In this document: one piece after another, positions 56,746 to 64,000 of the stretch | Layout of the letters: each line of letters starts with the position of its first letter | How positions within the stretch are numbered: the first letter of the stretch is position 1 | NCBI RefSeq assembly: GCF_032062105.1 | Contig: NW_026931011.1 | Span: 248,001-312,000, forward strand | Length of the DNA stretch: 64,000 nt | From: Saccostrea cucullata | Lineage: Eukaryota | Reading direction: 5' to 3' | Program-made: the position numbers and the translations under genes | Notes under the pieces: model-generated | Databases searched by the model: none | Told to the model about the DNA's origin: nothing | Seen by the model: only the letters and a program-made list of their open reading frames with translations

Positions 56746-59246
56746 TCAGTCACATTTAGTTTGCTTACTGGTCCTCATTCTTTGTTTCTTACTTTTATTT
56801 CTCATCATTAATGACCTACATGCACTCCTGGATTTGAGGACATGATCTACAAATTGATATCGAGACTTACAGACAAACGCACAGAAGGGGCACGAAGCGA
56901 ACTGGCTGATGGGAATGTGACGTAGGTGTAGGTTCACAATGTGGTTTTTCAAGTGAATACGTTCATCAAACGCTTCACAACAAATGAAACATTCAAGGTT
57001 CTCTTGGTCATTTCTACAGCAGTAGTTATAGTCGAGAATGGCGCGGATCTCGGGGTGAACGTGTTTTAGTAAGGCTTCCTTTTTATCGCGATCCTCCTTA
57101 CTTTCTTCGTTGTTGTTCCCTTCTTTACTAAAGCTTGGCTGTCTGCATTCTATATCAGGCCCCAGAAAATTATTTTCATGAACCAAAGGGTGATTTTTGT
57201 TAACATCGTAGGTTTGTATGCCGTCAAGACCCGTGGTAGCAGGTAAGGTATCGCAGCCTAATTCCAGGTATGAGGTGTTTCTTTTCTGGTAAGATGACAC
57301 CGCAGTATTGACGCTTCTATCGCTTGTATTGCCGTTGTTGTTTGAAATGTTTTGTGAAGGTAACGCAAAATGTTCGGATGGATCCGAATGCGATGTCGGG
57401 AATAATGGCAGGACAGAGTTAAGTAGAGCTTCCACATCGATGATTGATTCGTCTTCTGCATCATATAAATTCTGGGTAGAATTGGCACATTGACCGTCTC
57501 CTCCTGGTATACCATGTTGGTTTTGGAATGTATTACCATAAAGGCTCTCAGTCTGGGGATCAAATTGTTCAGGGGCCAATAACATACTTGCTCCGGGCAC
57601 TGAATTTGATGACGTCATAGATCCGAGTGTAGTTCCTGATTTCGGGTTCGTAAGTGATGTTGAGGGTAATTTGTCCATCTTTGATGCTATTGTTAGTCTA
57701 AAAAAGATATTATTTAACTTTCTTTTACTCAATATTACTCTTACATTGGACTGTTATATCAGATACGAATATTGCTATTATAAAAGTAGACGATACATGT
57801 ACATATTATGTAAGAGCTGCACTGTAACGTGTTGGCGCGAATGTTATCGAAAATATTCAAATAGATCTAGAGCCCCATCCCCCTGTTTCTATTCATTTGT
57901 TAAAGTGCTTGGTTTATCAAACTCAGTGTAATATATAATTGGTCTTTGTGGGTCAATTTAAAGAAAACTTACATTATTCACAAAGTCTGCTCTTCATCGG
58001 AAGTAATAGGTTGGTCTATAAAACCACGACTATAAACACGCACGCTTATTTTTTCCGGAAAATATAATCTGGCCAGTAAAAGTATCACCGATGAACATAG
58101 AAACAGCATGATCAGGTAGGAAATATCACCGATGAACACAGAAACAGCATCATTTACTCTTCACCTTCACTTTTATAAACTAGAGAGACGTGGTTTTATA
58201 GGTTTTGGTTAGCACCCCCTCCCCTCCAAAAAAAACCTTCACATCTTTTTTGCCTCTTCAAAATTTCCCGATGTGTAACTTCTAGCCCCATCTCAACAAA
58301 TTACAAACACTTATATTTACTCCTCTGATTCAGTAAAAATTAACTAATTTTAATAAACTAATTTATTCCACATGTTGCTGATTTACACAAACACAGAATC
58401 AGAATTCTTTTGTTTTTCGTACAAGTGTTGAAATATTTCTGCAGCGCCCGTTCCATCCGCCACCAGTAAGATCCGCTCACAATCATTGAAGCAACTGTGA
58501 TGTCCGATTCCTAGTAATGTCAGATACTTTGGTACAAAATGGTGACACTGAGACTGATATCTAAACATATAACTTAATCTGTCAAGAAGTTTTATTGCCA
58601 AGAATATGAGACGAACACCATGTTCATGAACACATCCGTGGTAATGAAGTGTATGTCGATTTCCTCTGTATGGTTTGACCCCCAGATACAACCTCTTCCG
58701 ATGGTCACGTGACATCGTATCCGATACTTGCAACATGAGATCGCCACTATCGGATGACAAAATAATGGAAGGAGATTTTTCATTTGCTTGTTGGTTGATT
58801 AATTTTTGAATTCTTCTTGGACGTTTGTTCGGTTTGTTTTCTTTACGACAAGTAAACACTCTAAACACGCTGGTAGATTCAGGGTCTTTGATGACGTCTT
58901 TTTCCATGAGTCCTAGCACACTGGACAACAATGGAACGATGTAGTCCTCCTCGTAAATTAGAGGTCCGAGAGGCTCCAGGCTTTTCATCTCCACGTTCTG
59001 CAGAAAATTGCTTAAAATCATATATATATTTCATACTTCAATATCAATTCAACTTGAAATAAATATGTAAGAATATGTACCGAAGAAATCGAATATTTCT
59101 ACATAAACAAGTACTCACAGAATTATCACCGATGCTTTTAATGCGGCCTCTCTCAACAATGGGGAATTATGTGCAAAACGACGGAGAATTTTATCAAGCC
59201 AATTAGTGGTCAGTGAAACCCAGAATTTCTGAATGAACTGACACAT
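56746..59246 (-). CDS. Uncharacterised 567-aa protein: putative degenerate FNR/cytochrome-b5-reductase-like region + low-complexity linker + two C-terminal C2H2-type zinc fingers
   Basis: Exons 59246-59119, 59010-58387 and 57697-56746 join via phase-2 GT-AG introns into an open 1704-nt frame. RILLVADGTGAAEIFQHL resembles the NAD-binding GGTG loop. Fingers CFICCEAFDERIHLKNHIVNLH and CPFCAFVCKSRYQFVDHVLKSRSAC are followed by a basic tail. Confidence 0.7.
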
Positions 59247-61078
59247 AACGTGTTCATAAAGTAAACAATTGAATACAGCTAATTGCGTAATATGGATATT
59301 TTCTTGTTCAGATAGTATTTGGCAAACTAAAATGGATAAAACTTAAAGAAGATTAGACTAGATGTGTTCAGTTCTATTCAGATTACAATAACTATTTGGA
59401 AATTACATAAAGGAATTCAACAAGATATATTTGTAAAGCTGTCCGACCTGTAGCTAGGGCTTACATTCTTTCGAAGAATCATCACATCCTAAAGCCTAAG
59501 TGATGCCCCTAGTGAATTAGATGTCAGGGGTCAAGGCCAGAAAATTACACCCCTTCTTTTTCCCTTAAGTGGGGCATAAAACTATTCTGAATTCACATAA
59601 ATATGCTCTTCAGTAAACTGTACAGTTGAACTTCAGTATCCAAAACACAGATAAATCAAATAGGACCATGACTGTGTCAAACTCATTTGGAAGTCCCAAC
59701 TACAATGTACTGTTTTAAAAGTAATTTATCCAGGATATCTCAAATCCTTGGATACCTCAGTTTCTTTCTTGACTTGGTCCCATTGAGTTTGAGATAAGAA
59801 GATTTGACTGTATATATACAAATATTCATAATTTCAACTTAGTATCACCTGAGGAGGTACATGATGATATAAAAGTATGCTTGTAGCTTGTATACAAAAA
59901 GCACAGGAAAATCCAGTAAAAATTGTCTAATCCAGGCACAAATGGTTCCAAAAAAACAGATTAGACAAAATTCCAGAATAGAAAGCATTCAAATCTATTG
60001 AAATTACCATAAGGAACTAATAGTTCACCTCGTATTAGACGAGATTTCTGATTACACAATATTCAGATTGGTCAAGTTTCACTGCAAACATGTATTCTTG
60101 AAAACGGTCTATTTTTGAGGTTCTGGCTCCAAACTTCAGACCAAAGGAAAGCAGAAATTATGAAATTCTAAATATTTGTTCCCTTCACCCAAACATGTCA
60201 TGTTCTTTAGTAAGCTGATGCTGCTTCAATCATTTCAATGCAGAATATACTTAAGTTTACTGCTTAACATAGTAGGAAATAGATAACCCTTAGTCATCAG
60301 GCCTTTTGTGTCCTAGGAAAGGATAACCAACTAATGATCATACATGATAACATTTAATTGAAATGAATATGTCATAATGAAGCATTTATGTGTAACATAA
60401 TCAGAAAATATATTTCTTTGTCAGGACAGAAAAACTGCAATGAAAGATAAGAGTTATTTCCCCTGTCATTTGATTAATGAACTTGAATCAAACATTTTCA
60501 AAAATTAATAGGAGAAAAACAAGAAACTTAAAATCTATCAAATGACGAGAGAAAAAAAACTCTTTTATAAGCATTCAAAATTAACCTGTCAATGACCTAC
60601 CACACATATTAAAAATAGAGAAAACTTGTTTGTAGATCACTAGACTAGCTCATCACCAAACACTGAATTAGTTATGTACACCAAACATACATGTATGCTA
60701 TGTACACAAACTTCATTATTATTATAAGGCAAAAATAATCTTTACAGAGTATCAACACAGCATACTTAATGTTAAAGGAAACAAAATAAACATATATATT
60801 TACACAATACATTAGACCAAATTAGGGGAAATGACATACATGTATAGTACATAAACTGCATCTTTTCTGCCTTGTATAATATCATGGTACATTGTGCCAT
60901 CTTTTTGGTCCTCATGATGTATTGACTATGTAACATAATGTAGCATTTAATATTTACATGTAAATATTTTTTCTGAATAAAAATGAAAAGAAAGTGTTTT
61001 TAAAATTACACATTAATATGAATGTTTACTGAAGAATCAATGTCCCTTTATGACTTATGGACGCCTTTTTCCATATAG

Positions 61079-61938
61079 TCATTTGGACTTTATAAATACA
61101 TCATACAGAAGCTTTAATGACAATACCATCACAGTAGGGTACAATATATAAGATCTCGTTTTATCATTGTCCTCTAAGTCCTTTACACGGCGAGTCAGCT
61201 TTGCCACTGCGTTTCTTAGCTGCGTATTCTCATCTAAATCATTCATTAAAAGTGACTCATTAATGGAATCCCCTGGGATAAAGGGTTGAGGTTGTCTTGA
61301 GCTCAGCTCCCTAAAATGAAAATACACAACAATTACTATTTTTCAAATCGATTAATCATGCTTGTATATACTGTATAGGGCATAAAATCCTTTAAACATA
61401 TAATTTTTTTCTGTAACAAGAATTATAAATTTCAGATTTAATCTGAATGAAAATTTCTTTTGGCTAGAAAAGCATTCTCCATTTCTAAAATTACATCTGT
61501 GACTATTACTTTATTGTCTTTCTGTCTTCTAGTAACAGACGGTGAGACCTTGTACCAAAGTTGAATTATTTTATAACTGATACATTGAATAATTGAATAA
61601 ACAATTATTTCTACATGCATCTTAGTTTAAATTTAATTTTATACAATCATTCCATGACGTGTTTAAATTCTTAAAGTAATTAATAGCAATGCATTCCCAC
61701 AGGAGGCTTTCTTTAGCTTCTGCCTACCCATTAGGTACATATGTGCGGGGATGGTTTTGTGACATGTTTTGTTCTCTTTCCTCTTCTTGTCTGTCCTCTA
61801 GTAAGGGGAAGTTTAATGCTTCCTCCATAGTTAGGGTCCTGGGTGGGGTCTGTAGTCCAACATAATTCACGTAAGGCGTCGCTTTATCAAAGTCCAGCTG
61901 TTGAAAGCCTTGTCTTCCTCCTAAGTGCTTCCCTTCAC
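61079..61938 (-). CDS. MFF: Mitochondrial fission factor-like, 3' exons (5' exons not identified, probably beyond the window)
   Basis: Exon 61938-61728 carries LQTPPRTLTMEE (MFF TPPRxLT motif). Last exon 61310-61079 has a coiled coil (LRNAVAKLTRRVKDLE) and a C-terminal TM tail anchor. Phase-2 junction. Confidence 0.75.
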
Positions 61939-63789
61939 CTGTTACAATGAATCAAATTAAGTGAAACTTCATCAAGTATGATTATTAACTTTTTTAAAAA
62001 ATAAATTCACAAATTTTCAAAACTTGCAAATAATAAACTGGCAGTATAAGTGGAATTTTCAATGGGACACAAAGTCAGCGATTTATATATTTTTATTCCT
62101 CAATAATTTTTTTTCAAGATAACTTGAGTTAATTTTCTGTTTTACTATTATTTATTCATGAACATATTTTTTTTTTAAAAAATAAATTCACCTGGGCCCC
62201 AAAACTCCGGTCAGGTGCTCTACCAACTAGCTATCTGGCCAGTACATTCCTCCCTCCTTAAAGTGGAATTTTCAATTGGGACACAAAGTCAGCGAGCTTA
62301 GAGCATATATTTCTATTCCTCAATAATTTTTTTTCAAGATAACTTGATGCATTTTCTCCTTTCCTGTTACAGATTTGGTGCCGTTGACCACCCCTGGAAT
62401 TGCAGGTGAAAGTCCTGCCAGGGGCAATAAGAACTTGGGTTGCTTCGAGGGCGAAGACATTTAAGGAGGGAGGAATGTAATAGTTTGGGCCGTGGATATC
62501 GGCCTATTAGTTTAGAGCATTCATGAACATGCATTTTTTTCCTGTTACAATGAATACACCTATGAATAGTTCAAAACCTTGAAATATAAATGATTTTGAA
62601 CATGCAAAACAAATAAAATAAAAATCATCCTCTATGCAATAAGAGAGATAACTGCAGGGAATGGTGAGCTCTTTGATTTCATATTCAATATCATGTTTTA
62701 CCAGTAGATGTTCAATGAATATCATAAATTTTACAAACAGATCATGTTTGACCATGTCAGAGACATGTTCAGCATTTGAATATCATAAATTTTACAAACC
62801 TATTAGGTACTGTTTGCAACATCTAAGCTCCCAATTTTCACCCCACTTTGTTTGTGTACATGTAAATGATCTAAAGAAAATGTCTACTTGGTGTTTTTTT
62901 AACATTTAATTTCCTTACTCATGGTAACTGTCATAATGCAAATCCAGAAGGACTAAAATTTGTTTTACTTTAAAAATATAGTACATTACTAGCATTTGAT
63001 ACTTTAAAAGGAATATTAATAGCTGACTCTCTCTATTCAATGGTAGACCCCTACAGCCATTCACAAACTTGAGAGTTTAAGCATAGTTTGGGGTATTTGT
63101 ATCAAAATTAATGAAATTGATAATCACGTACATAACCACCCCCACGTGTAGTTTTGAAACGTGACGTTTATGTGATAAATATAGCATAATAGGCCCCTAT
63201 GTGTTTTATAAAAAATATGCAAAAAACTGAAATAGCTGCAGTGCTTGTTCTACTGTCTAACCCTTTCATTTAATCACTATAGCTTCATCAATCTGTATGC
63301 ATGGCTAGCCCCCCCCTCCCCAACCCAGCTATATCTACAACGGCACACCAGTTATTGAACTTGTATCTGCTAAAATTATACACTATTGTTGATGTCCCTG
63401 GCATACTCTCATAACTAGACAGTGATTCCTTATATTTCCATTTCATTGTGAAATAAAATTGTTGATTTAGGCTTTAAAAATGCAGACATACATTTAAATT
63501 ACACGAGGATTCCCATCCCAATTTTAGTAGACCTCGCCGAACACAACAGCACAGATGCATATTTGGCCTCCTTAGTGTCAGACTCAGAGACAAGCCTGAG
63601 TTTGTGTCTTCTTTCAAAGGGGGGAGAAATAAGTATATGTTTTTCATTACATTGTAACAAAGCCTTAATATTGAAAAACTTACAAGTTATAACCAAGAGT
63701 ATGAATAAACAATCAGAGTTAAAAAAAAAAACAGCGCTGATGTTTCCGGTAAAATCTCGTCATTTTTCTATTTCTTTTCTTTTATTTTC

Positions 63790-63908
63790 TTTCCTTTTTT
63801 TCTTGATTTATATTTCTAATTTTTTTTGGAGGGGGGTGTATACATTGTTTTGGTCCGCAAAAAAGGGGGGGTCCGGACCCCCTGGACCCCCCCTCTGGAT
63901 CCGCCCTT
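63790..63908 (-). mobile_element. GGCGGATCC-type small DNA element fragment
   Basis: gggggggtccggaccccctggacccccctctggatccgccc, same family as 26038-26292. Confidence 0.55.
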
Positions 63909-64000
63909 GGATACGAGAGTATTCGTAACAGGAAAGAAAGGAAATGTAATGTACCAAACAAGGATTTTAACCCTGCCCCCTTCTCCCCATTCAATCACTA

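Noticed and set aside
57973-57985. Selenocysteine interpretation of the in-frame TGA
   Set aside because: No SECIS recognisable by eye in the 3' region and no Cys/redox-motif context. Simple exon skipping already gives an uninterrupted ORF.
63345-63696. Candidate upstream MFF exons
   Set aside because: The open stretches lack the MFF N-terminal repeat motifs and convincing splice boundaries, so they were not assigned.

Overview
AT-rich, intron-containing animal DNA. It is most consistent with an oyster (Ostreidae), based on a ~166-bp Cg170/HindIII-type satellite inside Helentron/pearl-like elements and an Hsc70 with the oyster-type KKVGNQSxGERN insert. Gene models were built by hand from ORFs and GT-AG junctions, in this order: (1) a Ser-rich single-exon ORF (-); (2) a claudin/PMP22-type tetraspan gene (-) with two equal-length, same-phase first coding exons upstream of one shared exon 2-3 pair; (3) hsc70 (-, 659 aa) with a U14 snoRNA in its last intron and an HSE/CRE promoter; (4) a single-exon Mab-21/cGAS-like receptor (+) with intact catalytic motifs; (5) ODAD4/TTC25 (+) with an RFX X-box; (6) a divergent tandem ODAD4 paralog (+) whose exon-2/intron-2 junction is amplified into a ~54-copy 34-bp minisatellite of splice donors; (7) an uncharacterised 3-exon gene (-) joining an FNR/cytochrome-b5-reductase-like region to C2H2 zinc fingers, with a candidate poison exon; (8) the 3' part of MFF (-). 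Intergenic and intronic space is filled with non-autonomous DNA transposons (hAT, MULE-like, Kolobok-like, Harbinger-like, mariner), Helentron-like elements, a Deu/Nin-type SINE and Penelope-like fragments. There is no prokaryotic content and no CRISPR array. Coordinates were read by eye and may be off by a few bases. No database searches were run.
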